NCBI GenBank assembly: GCA_030390025.1
Contig: CM059437.1
Location: 4,154,001 to 4,218,000, forward strand
DNA length: 64,000 bases
Direction: 5' to 3'
Source of the DNA: Squalus acanthias
Lineage: Eukaryota
Part shown: positions 28,416 to 41,438 of the stretch, piece by piece
How the letters are laid out: each line of letters opens with the position of its first letter
How positions within the stretch are numbered: position 1 is the first letter of the stretch
The notes under the pieces: generated by a model
The model's input: only the letters and a program-made list of their open reading frames with translations
Told to the model about the DNA's origin: nothing
The model's database searches: none
Made by a program: the position numbers and the translations under genes

Positions 28416-31022
28416 TTTCATATAAATTCCCTCTATCCGCTAAATAAAGAGAAGCGAATTTAAAGTTCCAAAGAGGGTAGAGTGTTGAAGTGATGTCTCA
28501 TTAGTTTGAAAATTCAACTTAAATAGGTCGACTAGAGGAATATTACTTAGCACATTTATTATAATAGTGAACAATGCAAGTAAACCAGCAGAACATAGAT
28601 AATGGGTTAATTCTTTCTTAATAGTTGATGTAAATTCTGTTAGAACACATAATCTCCTTCATGTATAAATGCGCTAGATTTTGCGTTCGAATTCCCCAAG
28701 CGTTTTATCTTGTCCCAATAACAGTGATGCTTAAGATTCAACGTGTGCAAAATAATAAGTAATGAACTTCCATACTTTAGGATCTGTATTGGACAATGAA
28801 ATATGCAAAGTAAACAGCAGATAAATGCGGTTAGGATTTTTGTTCATAATTTGTTTAGTGCGGAGTTAATTAATGGATCCAAAGAGCACAAAATAGCGGA
28901 TATTTCAGATCATGTAATGATAAAAGCATTGGAAGTAAGTGAGCAACTTACTGGATGTCGACTAACTGCCCAGGAATGAAGCTAGAGTTTCTGCATCTTA
29001 TATCCGTACCAACAACTTGAGAAGTCTTATTCGGCGAGACACCCTGGTTAAGATTCCTTCATAAGACGGAGGCATTTTGATTTCGCATTATTTACAGGGA
29101 CACTTTGCCTAGTTTTATGCTTCTTCTCAGCAGTTGCGCGCATTCCTTTCTCTGTGCTGTTCTATTGAGGACCCGCCATTGTGTCCACTGTTAGAGAGGA
29201 TTTATCGGAAAAGCCCATGAATTGCAAGATAAAATTACTGAATTAATTCTTGTCCTTATGTCCGGCATAAACACTGGCTTAATCCCCAATTATTGCCTCG
29301 TGGTTTATCAGATAAATATTTTGTCCCTGTAGAGACGTTAGGAATCGACTTTATACTCCTATTTCCAAATAGTTCTTCTCATTTTCCATCTGTAATTATT
29401 CACCAAGCTTATTTATTAAATACAGCTACCTTTTTTCCTTTTTTTAAAATGGGTCTGGTTCTCAGACATCAGGCACAGAGAGGGGCTCACATTCACAACC
29501 AGGAATGAGGCAAGACTATAAAAAGGAGACGCAAGTTCACGCGGAAACATCCGTTTCAAACTTTCAGCAGCATTTTATTTTGCAGCCGTTTTTAATACAT
29601 TCATATATTTCCATCTACTGATTGTGGTGTTAGGTGTCCAGAGAACGGTGGATTCAAAATGTTTCACGCCATTCAGTGGCTTTCATGTATGATTATTATT
29701 ACTAATATTATTAATAATGAATCACATTAAAATAGTGCAACCGCGCGCTGTTGAAGTCGGATAGCTCCGGATAAAAATTAAGCTAAGAGTAAAGGCCACC
29801 TGGAATCGGGGTGCTTTGATGTGAAACAGTTGGTTCGTTCACCTTAAATGTAAAATCTGCACAAACTTACAAAACTCGGAATATATACATCAGCTCCACA
29901 TGGGACAGAGACAGAGAGATACTGAGAATATTAAACAAGTTATCTGGATTTTATTGTTGCTACAATTTATCTCTTGGAGCTGATCCGGTTTGTCATCCTC
30001 CTTTTGTGCAAACCTTGTGGACAATCATAATTCGAGCCCCTTCGCCAGATTATTCCTAAACAATATTTTATTTCTAAACTGTCATGAAATTCTATATTAC
30101 AGATCGTTCAATGTTCGCTTCGACCACAGTTGAACGTGCTTAATACAATATTAAACCATTTTTTTTTTAAAAAGAGCCACGTGGTAACAGTTACCCCTAG
30201 TTATACAAACTCTTAACAAAGGATACAGGCACCCAAATGTGAAATCTACTAATTTAAACCTTAGGAGTATCGTGCTGCACATTAAAACCTAAACGACAGA
30301 CCCACACTCACTCAAACGCACAGACTAAAGTCTACAGAAATAGAGATCGCAAAGTATATCATCAATCGGTTTAAATAGTAACCACACTTCCATTGAAACA
30401 ATCAAAGTCTCAAATCAAAGAGATACAGGGTCGGGAAAACAGCACTTAAAAACCACCGCAATGTGATGCGACTTCGAAATGGATTATAAACATTCACGTT
30501 TGCATGTAAACAATTGAAAATAAGTCGTGTTAAATCATTGCGAACAACAAAGATTAAAAATATATATTTAATCGTAGGTTAAAAAGATCCCTTTTTTTTT
30601 TGCAAAAGGTTGCTTTGGAGCGCGGTCCATCCCGGTCCCGCGGCAAAGGCCATCACCAAAACATTCACAGAAATTGTAATAATTTATAAATAACCTGAAG
30701 TTTCTTTTTTTAAGCCATAAAGAGAGAAAACGTAGCGGGAATGAAAGCTCGCTGCTCTCTGGCTGTTATAATGGATGAGAATGAGAGGAAGTTGTATCTC
30801 TTAATATCCTGCAATAAAATCCTTTGCACGTGACTCTATTCCCTGAATGAATGCACTAAAATGTTCGAAATAAATAGCCGAATTGCTGAATGTTAAAACC
30901 TTACATTCTGGCTATTCTTTGCCGTGGAAGGATGTCGGTTTTCTCAGAACTACAGTGGTTTAAGGATATATTGCAGTGACAGCACTCTGAGCTACGCGCT
31001 ACAGTCTAACTCAACAAGCTAG

Positions 31023-31264
31023 TCACTCCAACTCTTTTACGTGCTCCTTACTGAGTCTTTTCATCTTCATCCTCCTGTTCTGAAACCAGATTTTGACTTG
31101 TCTCTCAGTCAGGTTGAGCAGACGCGCTACTTCGTGCCTCCGGTCCCTGGTGAGGTACATATTGAACAGAAACTCCTTCTCCAACTCCAGAGTCTGATAC
31201 TTGCTGTAAGGACATCTTTTCTTCCTTGTCGAACGAGCGTGTAACCAATTTGCAGAAGGATTGT
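31023..31264 (-). CDS. hoxb9: HoxB9 exon 2 (homeobox)
   Basis: Acceptor catcttcag|AC. Encodes (N)[68 protein letters not shown]...*. RRHEVARLL is B9-type. Confidence 0.96.
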
Positions 31265-31950
31265 CTGAAGATGAGTGGAGGCGAAAAATCAGATCAGAAT
31301 TAAGAACTATAACGTGATCATATTTCTTCAATGCACTTCTAACATTGCAATGCGTATGGGGGGATATTTTTAAACTGAAAATCATATCAATGGAGCTAAG
31401 TGTTGAGGTAGCATGTGTGTGTTGTGGTCATATTCCTAAGCGTCTTTCCCTCAGTAAAGTGTATTACTAAACTGGCAACCGCTGGGCGGCCTCGGATGGT
31501 TTAGATTTATTTTTGCTGTTTATTACCACGTTTGCAATTGAGAAGTAAACGCCAAACCCCACCAGCACTGTATAAATTGCGCTCTCTTTCCTCTCTAAAC
31601 GGCTTCACATAAAAATGGTGTGCCGCACATTTTTGCTCACCGTTCAACAGAACATTGATTCAAACAGAAAATAACAAGCAGGGAAAAAAGTTGTATTCAT
31701 TCATTAATTTATTTATTGCCTCGTAGAGGATAGACTGGCAAATCCGTCATTAAAGGTTTGCAGGTGGTTACTTGTGTAAGCCATAAAATAGAACGGAGGC
31801 GCATAAAATAACAAGCAATATAAAACCAGTTAAATACTTGTGGCTGAACTGGAAGCAAACTGCCTTTTAATTAGAACCTTATTTCAGTCGCGTTTTTTTT
31901 TTGCGTGAGTTTCGTAAACTATTTTCAAGTACATTTCCCGAACAACTTAC

Positions 31951-32467
31951 TTTGTTCTGATGTCTCTTTGTCTGCCTTCTCTTCACATATATTGTCTTCA
32001 TAGCGCGGCTCTTTCCCGGAGCTGATGGTTTCGCTCTCCAAAGATTCCGCATGTAATTTTTGCAGCGCCGCTGGTAAGGTTTCGCCGCCGTGACCCGCGG
32101 GTGACTCTGTTTTCAATGAATCGTGGCCGCTGGAAGGTATCCCGGGTACGGCCAAGGCCCTGGGGGTCGGGTCCAACCAGGACCGCATGTACCTGCTGTC
32201 AGGCGGGATGGGGTGAGACTGGACGTATGGATGGTACAATGTGGAGACATTGGCAGAGGGCTGAGAGTACACGGGGGCCCAAGAGGCGCCGAACACGGGA
32301 GACTTCGGTTGAAAATTACAAGCAGGAAAGTCGGGGTGCTCGGGGAGCCCCGGCTGTCTGGAGACTATATATTGCCCCGAAGTAAACTTTGCTGCAGGCG
32401 TCCCCTCGCTTTCATGACTTATAAGAGAATCGACAAAATAGTTACTAATAGCGCCAGATATCGACAT
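31951..32467 (-). CDS. hoxb9: HoxB9 exon 1
   Basis: ATG at 32467: MSISGAISNYFVDSLISHESE...RYMRSWLDP. Donor CAAA|gtaagt, phase 1 (252 aa in total). Confidence 0.95.
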
Positions 32468-35400
32468 TGTCAAACATCATACACTTCGATTCATTGGGAA
32501 ATTATATGTAAGACTAGAAATTGTTCTCTCAACTTCTCAACTAACAAAGTAGAGTTAGCTAATATGTTGTGGGCTATCTGCGAAACGATTGGTTAAAGTT
32601 TTCATGAGACCGACAAAGCGACAATAAAACGTAAATCAATCCGCAATGGGGGTTAAACAATTAACATCGCCCCCGTATTAAACACTTTTAGAGGTGAAGT
32701 GGGGGTTTAAACAACGAACAGCACCACACATATATACATATTGAGCAACTATCCTTAAAAATACAAAACGTGATTAACTTTAAAAGGCAATCTTTGAAGG
32801 AACTATTTTGCTTCCTAATTAATCTTAACTGGTGTGACAAATTCTCACACCAGGTCTCATAATCGTCAGTCTTATTATTACTGTTATTATCTTAAACCAA
32901 TAACATAAAAAGTGTTAAATGTAATCATCCTAGCAGATCATTCTTGTGATATTTGTGTTTGATGGGTGGAAGAAAGTGGCGATTTGGCGATTTGGAACGT
33001 CCAGATTTGAGTTAATAATATTAGCCCGAGGTTTTGGTGCCATTGAATGAAATATGTGTGAGTTCAATGTGTAGCAAATGTAAACTTTATACAGCAGAGG
33101 TTGTGGTGAAAATACACATCACAAACCGTGACAAGCCAATACGGGACTTTTCTTTCACATTTTAATTTGGACAAAAGTCCGCAATTGAGCAGGACTAGAA
33201 CCAATTGGATTGAAGATAGTTTCTTGTTCCAGCTCCTGCATTCTCAACCAAGAACTTGCTTTTGTTCCCATTGTGATATTTTAAAGCTCATAGTTACATT
33301 AAAGACACGGCTACATATTATTCTGCATTATAAGGCTGTGTGATTTTAAATTACACACAAGACTACTTTATAACAAAGGAGAACGGAAAGTTTATATTTA
33401 AACCGTATTGAACTACAGTGAACGAGTAAATAATTATAAACTGTTTTAACCTTATACATAAATTGTTACACGTTATAAGTTAAGTTAAAGCCAAGTCTTC
33501 CCTCGTTATCGTTCCCATCTGTTTAAGGAGCCGCCCTTTCCGTGAGAATAAGTGCCAAGAAAGATGTTTGTATTGTAAAGATAGGGAGAAATTGTGAATG
33601 GAAATTCGAAAACCACATTCGACTTGAAAATGGGTACAAAAAATAGCGAAATGCACAAATACGGACAAAATTCAATGGGTAGTGAGGAGTTTATAGAAAT
33701 AGGAAACAGTTCGGCGAGCCAACATACCAAACCAATTTTTTAATGTAACTCATTGATGGAAATTAACAATGTTTAACTTTGCAAGAAATTCATTTAGAAG
33801 GTTGTATGAGATAACTTGATTTGATGCGATTCAGCTGAACAAAGACTTTGGGGTTGAAGAGATTTGGATATTAGTCAAACCGCAGGGCGAGCAATGGCGA
33901 AGGCAATGCGAAAGATTACAACAAGTGGCGAGTTATTTATACGCACTGCTAAACATTTTTTTGTCAGTCTTTGATTTTATAAAATTAATGCAATAAACTG
34001 CATTATTCAATTCAGGAAGAAATTAATTTAAATATAAATAGATGTTCATTTGTTTGGACTCAGGAATCACTTGACTAACATTTCAGTCTTAATGTTGGAG
34101 CTGTTATGCTGACAAGCAGTGGACTGTCAGCTGGACTGTTGGTTTACAATAGTGGCTTCCTCAAAATGCCACAAGAGAGTTTCTGGGTGTTGAGCAAATC
34201 ATAGCCTGAGGATAATATCTGCTTATTCGTTAATGTTATGATTGAAGTCTTACTATATCCTGACTCTCCAAAAGGATCCTCCCGTTTCAAAAATATTTTC
34301 TTAAATACTTGCAGGAACCTGGCTAAACTATAAGCCACCATGTCGTGAATACAAGTGAGAAAATATCCAAATATTAGAACAGATCAATTTAAAGCTTCAC
34401 ATATTGGCTGTTAGCATCGTGGCATTTATATTTTAAAGTATGCACAAATTTGAACATCATTTTGTATTTTGATTCTACTTGCCTTGGCTTATATTGGATG
34501 TGATTAAAAATAACTTCCTTTTTCTCCCGCCTGCACCCTCGTTCAAAAAGTTTATTTTGCCTCCACTATGATTTCAAAAGCTTTGGGGTAAACTAGAGAA
34601 AAATAATTTGACAATATTCTACACTTCAAGACCGTGTATCTTAAAACTTGTTTTTTTTTAAATCGTTAAGATGCTAAATAGTAAAACAAAGAAAGATTGT
34701 TTCAACAGGACACTTGTGCAGTATGAGCGCCTGCAAGACTTTCACACCGTGTCTGTAAATTGGTTTCAAACGGATGTTTGAATCAGGAGTACAAAGTCAC
34801 GTCTACATATGTTGGTGAATGTTGTATATATTATGAAACAAACGGCCCATCGCTTCTGCAGCCACTGTGACCGAAGCCGAGGGAGCAAAGTTAAAACACG
34901 CTTGTTTAGTTTTAAATAGATTTTTTATAATAGTCTATACTTAATTAGTAAAGTTGTGAGCTATAATTATTCGATATGTTCTTTAAGTAAATTCCATTTA
35001 TATGTATTAATTTATATTGAAAGAAAAATAGATTTTCAAAATGCAACAAACTTGTTTATTTTCTGAAGTGCATCAAGGGTGCGAACTGTGAGAAAATTAA
35101 CCCTAGTTATTTTATTTGTGCAAATAAATTATTTTTATGTGTTTATTCAAAGCATGCCGAGGTGTCCGCTCATATTTGTATGTATCTTATTAAGCTGAAA
35201 ACTGTCAATCGGCCAGTGTATTACTGTGCAAATGTTAAAAGGCAGGTTCAAAGACACCCGCCAATCCTTTAACTCGGTATTTGTTTAAGCGATAATCTGG
35301 CACTCGCACCGTCATTACTCTGTCCCGTTGGAACTGAAATTCTGGATGTCCATTGGATTCTTGCAATGTTCTCACTTTAACAACCAAAACAGTCTGAGAT

Positions 35401-37491
35401 ATACAAACCGTCGTTTAAAAAAACGATTGCTTAATATCGTCTACTGCTTCACTTTCAATATAGTAAAATGTGCACTCCCAAATGATTAGAGCGATGCAGT
35501 TTTCTGTATTATGGGGTTAATTAAAAGAGATGTGTTCCAATATTAAAGGCGATAGTATCTATATGGGAGAAAAGATGCAACATTTAACTTGGCCACAACG
35601 AATAGGAACTGCATTTTAACAATATACGTCTATAAAAAGGATAACGATTTTATTGCTCCATTTGTAGTATCTATGCTGTTATATTGTTGCAATGATAAGT
35701 TTATATGTTTTTATTGGGGCAAATTATTGGGCTTTTCTTGTATATTCCCAATTTATATACTTATATATTTAAAGGCTTTCTTAAAGCACATATTCGGATT
35801 TCTGCCAACCAAAAATGGCGATTGTCTCCAAGCAGCAGCAACTGGCATCATGAATAGGAAAAGTCCCGTCGTTCGGGGTCGCTGCAGGCCATTTGGGTGG
35901 AAACACCTCATTTAGATTTAAAGGCGGAGGTTTAACTCAGGCCTAACTATACAAGAAATGGGGCCCTTTGCTCCTGGCTCTAGAGCACATTGTGCATTCC
36001 TAGCAACTCTAGTAGTTTAAATGCAGTTATAAACGCTCCGACATCTTTAACAGTAACGAGCTTCTTTGTTGTATCCACCGATTTGGCTCACTTCATAACA
36101 CACTGGAGATATGCAGATGAGCAGGAAAACAAATCAAACTTCTTTACAATAAATAGTATACTACACACCGTGAAACAGATCGGCAATCAGCCCGTGATTG
36201 AAACACTCTCTCATATCCAATTAATGTTAAAATGTAATATCAAGGTTTTCCCTTTTCCTTTGATGAATTTCTATTCTACAAATCACTCGGCGGGTTAAGT
36301 GACCGATGTATGTGTGTCTCTGCGTGTGTTTTAAACAGTAGCTGATACTAAATTTGCAGGTACCCCAGATTGCAAACTGACAGTGAAAGTGAACGATTTG
36401 AAGAATATTTGCGCAAACTCGCTCAGTTTATTCTTTTATATTTGAACGAACCAAACAATAGCCCGGTGAGAACGATACGAAAGCTTCCTGGCCCAGAGGA
36501 AAGGGTCTAATTGGAGGCTTGCCTTATGTTTTTATACATTTGGATGCCTCCAGTTAAAAATACTATAGTGAGATGTGCCTAGCTGCAGTAATATCGACCC
36601 GGCCTCTTTTATTTAATATAAAGTAACGTTGTGATAGACTGAGCCACCATTAATAATGATTGAGTAATATTTATATTATCATTTATGTCTGGATCAATTG
36701 CATTATAACAAAATAAAGTAATACCAGTACTGCAAGACTACAAAGCATTGATAACTTGACATTGGAGGAATGAAAAACGCCCTGACCCTTGAGTGTGAGA
36801 TATTCTTTTTGTTTCCCTTAGATTATAATCCAAGTGTATAAAAGTTACTTCACGAAACAAAACTAATCTAATGCGCTACAGAACTAATCGTGTTGTTCAT
36901 CTGCTCATTTTCATCCTCGTTCGGTACATTTCCCATTTCTCTGTTATTAATACTTGAAATAACTTCTTTAATGGATAGTATAGATATTACTGGCGGACTC
37001 AAACCTGGTAGAACACTTTACACAACTGCCCATCTAACTATCTGTGCTTCTACCTATATATCTATCCATCTTTCTATACGTGTAATCGATCTATTTAACT
37101 ATCTATCGACGCGATTAGATCTTTAAAGAATCGAAAAACAGATCCAACTAGTCACCTTTGCAATCATAATACAATTCTAAAATTATATATTTGCCCTCAG
37201 AAAAATATACATAATTTGAACTATTTTAAACGTTGCCATGCTATTCATACACGTGCTTGCACAAAAATTGTTATGTTAGAGTCTATCCACATATCGGATA
37301 GATAGGCAATTAGACAGATGTATATTCCAAGTTAATCTGCAATAGCAATCCGCGCTAGTCATTGTTAGTAGCACCATCCTTCCACATCTTCGCAATATAT
37401 AACATGTTTTGCCACAGAAACCATTTCTTCAGGTAGCAAAAGGCCAGAGATTCCTCTGTTTTACTAAAATCCAAAAGTTTGCGATGACAAT

Positions 37492-37576
37492 AACTGGAGT
37501 AATTCAGGCAGTTTCTTGTCACTGCGATCAAACAGAAGCCCAACAACATGAAACTACCTAAGTCACACCGCAGTTC
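37492..37576 (-). ncRNA. mir196a: pre-miR-196 (miR-196a-type mature at 37560-37539)
   Basis: Exact mature TAGGTAGTTTCATGTTGTTGGG on the minus strand, with a complementary 3p arm CAGTGACAAGAAACTGCCTGA (37524-37504). Canonical position between PG9 and PG10. Confidence 0.97.
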
Positions 37577-40500
37577 CAATTCGTTTGCGCCATAGACTGG
37601 ACCTAACGAGTCGAGTTCAGTTCGAACAGTAAAGACCATCATTGTGAAATATGTGGTTGCTAGACATTATTCTTTAAAAAAAATCATTAAATTAATAAAA
37701 AAGAGTCTCATGTTGCTAAGAAAGAAAAGGGAGGGAGGATGGTTAGAGCTCTCACAGTCACTGACGGCTCGAAAATTGCATATATCACTGTTTAATTATT
37801 CCAACAGGGCAGATTGCACCATTTTGACCTTGCTTCTTTCGTGTGCAAATAAACATATAAGGAACTGAAGCAATAGGCGTCACTATATTGCATCGTTACC
37901 ATAGTAAAGGATCAAAGTTTTCACGTTTTAAACCAGTCACTAGACGGTTGTAACAACAAACTTAGTAAAACCAACAATTCAGTTCTCCACACAGTCAACG
38001 CAGCTCTAACCAGCCTTACAAAGGGGTCGCTGGCAAAACACAGTTAAACGTGACAACAATGTCCTACCATTCCCATCATGTTTTCCAAAGTCTTGAAAGC
38101 AAATTTGGGCAACAGTTAGCGAGATTCCACTTGAAGTTTGAAGAAAGGCGTGACCATTTTCCTGATCTCAAAGCTATGTTGTGTGGCATACCGCTCAGAG
38201 CCAAACTGCCCAAGTCCAACAAGTCCTACATGACAGCAACTTGCCAAACATAGTTACAAGCCATAAAACTTTACAAAAGCAGACGTGGTCGTCCGTGGCG
38301 CATCATCAGGGCCCACAGTCAGATTACGACCGTCTCGCTGGTATTTAAATCACCGACACCGGATACCAAATAAAATTCAAACTGCAGGGTTTTCTTTAGG
38401 GCTGGAAGCATCGGAATTCCCTGTCTTTTTTTTCTCTCAACCATCAACTTGTCCATTTCAGGTCAATTTCACGGGTTCACAATCAGCCAACCACCGTCCA
38501 TGATATACACGAGCCAGAATTGAAGGAAGAGCCACTCGCGGGTAAACGGCCACCATAAACTTTAAGCAGACTCTTGAACATTGAATAAAAGTATTAAGGA
38601 CTACAGAAATCCAGCCAAACACAATTTTATTATTTTTTTTTAAATCTGCATTTTAATATTGACCTGTAACAAGGCCCAGGAAATAATGCAACGACTTTAA
38701 GCCGTGAAATATACAGCACATGCTATACAAAAAAAATTCTATCAACATTTATCATACACCACGAGCTTAAAATATTTCATTGAAACAGTTATTGGTGGAT
38801 TTACATATTTTCCAAATATTAACAGTTTTTTTAAATCCCCCTCTCTTACAGGGGCATTGTACTGAGTTCAGTGTGCTTAGCAATAGACAAAAGGTGATGG
38901 ACACAACGTTAATAGTCTTTGGTATAACAAGTTTCTATACATTTTAAAAAATAAATATTACATTTTATCCAACATTACACATTTAGTATCTGACAAATTT
39001 CTATCTAAAAACACGCATGTAAAACTAATTGAGACGACAGACCACGATAGTTTGCTTGTATTAAATGTCAGACATTTTGATGAACATTTAAAAGACACGT
39101 TATTCCTAAGTACAAACACATTTTAATGATAGTGTATAATGTCCACTAAGGGTGTACGTTCACTGCGAGAGGTATAATCGGCACTCATGGCATGTTACAA
39201 ACTGGGTTTTAACCGATTGCTATATATTCACATTATTAATGCAACAGATGTTCAAAAGAACAACTACCGATTCCCCGATGGACATTACTTCTCAAGAACA
39301 TTGACTGATCAAGAACTTGCCTGTGGGCATATCTATTTTAATCTGCCGTTGTACTTAATCTGCAATTGTTACTGTGAGTATTAATTTATTGGTTTCTCAC
39401 ATTCCATTCACGTTTTGATGGGAAGCCTTACGCCACATCTGTAGTGTGGAACTGAATGAGAAATTAAACCGTAAAATTGAGGCTAAATCTTGTTAAATAG
39501 GTCGGGGTCCAATTAGTCCCCCACCCAGATGTGTTTTCCCCCCAAGTGATACGAGAGGCTTTGAGGTATTTATAGGTGTAGAGAGGAAAAATATAGACCA
39601 ATAGCAGTTTTCAATAAACACATGAAATCAATAGCTAGCGGGAATCTAAGCAAATTGTTTTCTGTTTAGGAGCTAGGAGCCAGGTGTGGAGGTTGGTTCA
39701 TGAATAATTTTAGCCACTTGATGTTAGTCAAAGGAACACAGACAAAGAAATTCGCTGGGTAAGAATCTGTCTTTTCATAACATTGTAATAAGATCATTAG
39801 AAAGTGTTCAATCTTGGTACTTGTTGCTTTAATTTAAATGTTTATATTAATAAATGTGCATCCAATTAATATTCTTCCGCAAATCTTCATTTAATAGAAA
39901 TCTCCAGTTATTAGATGTTATTTTAAGTGGAGTCAACTGTAAAACATATTGTTAATCTACACAACAGTCAATGCACTCCCACAGCAATTTATTGTGTAAA
40001 AGCTTTAAGACGTTTGGACGTGAAAGACGCTAAATAAATGCAAGTATATAATCTGTTTGAAATAGATATGTAATTTTTCATAGTTTGGTTATTTCCATTC
40101 ACTTCTATTCAACTGTACGTTGCGGTTGTGCATTGGAAAGGGGAAAAAACAGGTTTTATTTGAAATTCTTAGAAACATGTTTTTAATAAACAAGTGTATA
40201 CTGGACATTAAGTTGGGGAGATTACCTACTGAAAGTACATGAGAGCAACGAACATAATTGCACATTGTTTGATATCATTTTTGTAATGCGTGCCCATTCA
40301 ATGACCTGCATAACTAGTTACTCTTACACACTAAGAAGGAGGAAGGATTCTTGATGGGGCGACCATCAACTAAAACGGATTTTTTTTTACCTTCACGTCC
40401 TCTTATTATTTTAAGAAACACATTTGTTTTAAGACAAAACAGAATGCATCAATCCATAAGCAAGAAATAATTCAACATTTACTCTTTGGTAGACCGAGCA

Positions 40501-41166
40501 TTTCCCATAATTACCGACCTCTAATTGTTTCAACATGTCTCGCTATTTTGAGGATATACTTTAACAAGTGCTTCAAACACTCTTGTGCGTGAAATATGTC
40601 TGCGCAGATGGCGTACACTAATAGGTGCCGAGTTCTCTGTTGTCCCTCAATGAGCGGAAGTTACAGGCCTTAACATGATTACTCTTAGAATCATAACACA
40701 TATATGTGGTATTAACTATACTTAGTTTAAATCCAACAAAAGAACAGCATGCATAAAGCAAGCCAGATTTTATTGCCCTTTTCAAACTTTCTTTCAGTTC
40801 CTATCTCATAATTAAGTGATAGGGCACTAAATTAATCGAGAGCAATTAATGAGCTTCTGGGCAGTAAAGGAGAGTCTTCAGCATGTGTTCATTTTCAAAA
40901 GCAAATCAGTACCTCTTTGTTATGTTTAGCTATTTTGAACTTGCAAGCCCGCCATCCCACCATCTACCCTTCCCCTTAGCGGGCTCAATGTTGTTGTAGT
41001 GACTAGACTTCTGAACTTGCAACTCCTCCCCATGACTACCAACCTCCCCCCTCCCCTCCCCTCCCCCCCCTTCAATGTTGTTGTAGCGTTCGGAATTCTT
41101 CAACAAGACGCCTTATATCGTCCATCGTCTCGTTCTTTTTAATTAAAAAAGCACTAGACCCCTTCA

Positions 41167-41438
41167 TCAGATAGGGAAAGCAGCCGATATTTCTCGAACT
41201 CTGTGCTCTCTGCTCATCTTTTTCAGTTTCATTCTTCGGTTTTGAAACCAGATTTTGACCTGTCTGTCGGATAGATTCACGCTCCGGCTGATCTCCAGGC
41301 GGCGCTCTCGAGTTAAATACATGTTAAAGAGGAATTCCTTTTCCAATTCCAGTGTTTGGTGCTTGGTGTATGGGCAGCGTTTCTTCCTTCCGCCCTTCGC
41401 CGTCAGCCAGTTTATCGTATTCTCAGCCTTTGTGCTCT
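41167..41438 (-). CDS. hoxb10: HoxB10 exon 2 (homeobox)
   Basis: Acceptor gattgacag|AG. Encodes (E)[89 protein letters not shown], a PG10 homeodomain. Confidence 0.95.

Noticed and set aside
32468-32473. In-frame TTG start extending HoxB9 by two residues, as in the ORF track
   Set aside because: The ATG at 32467 gives the recognised MSISG N-terminus.
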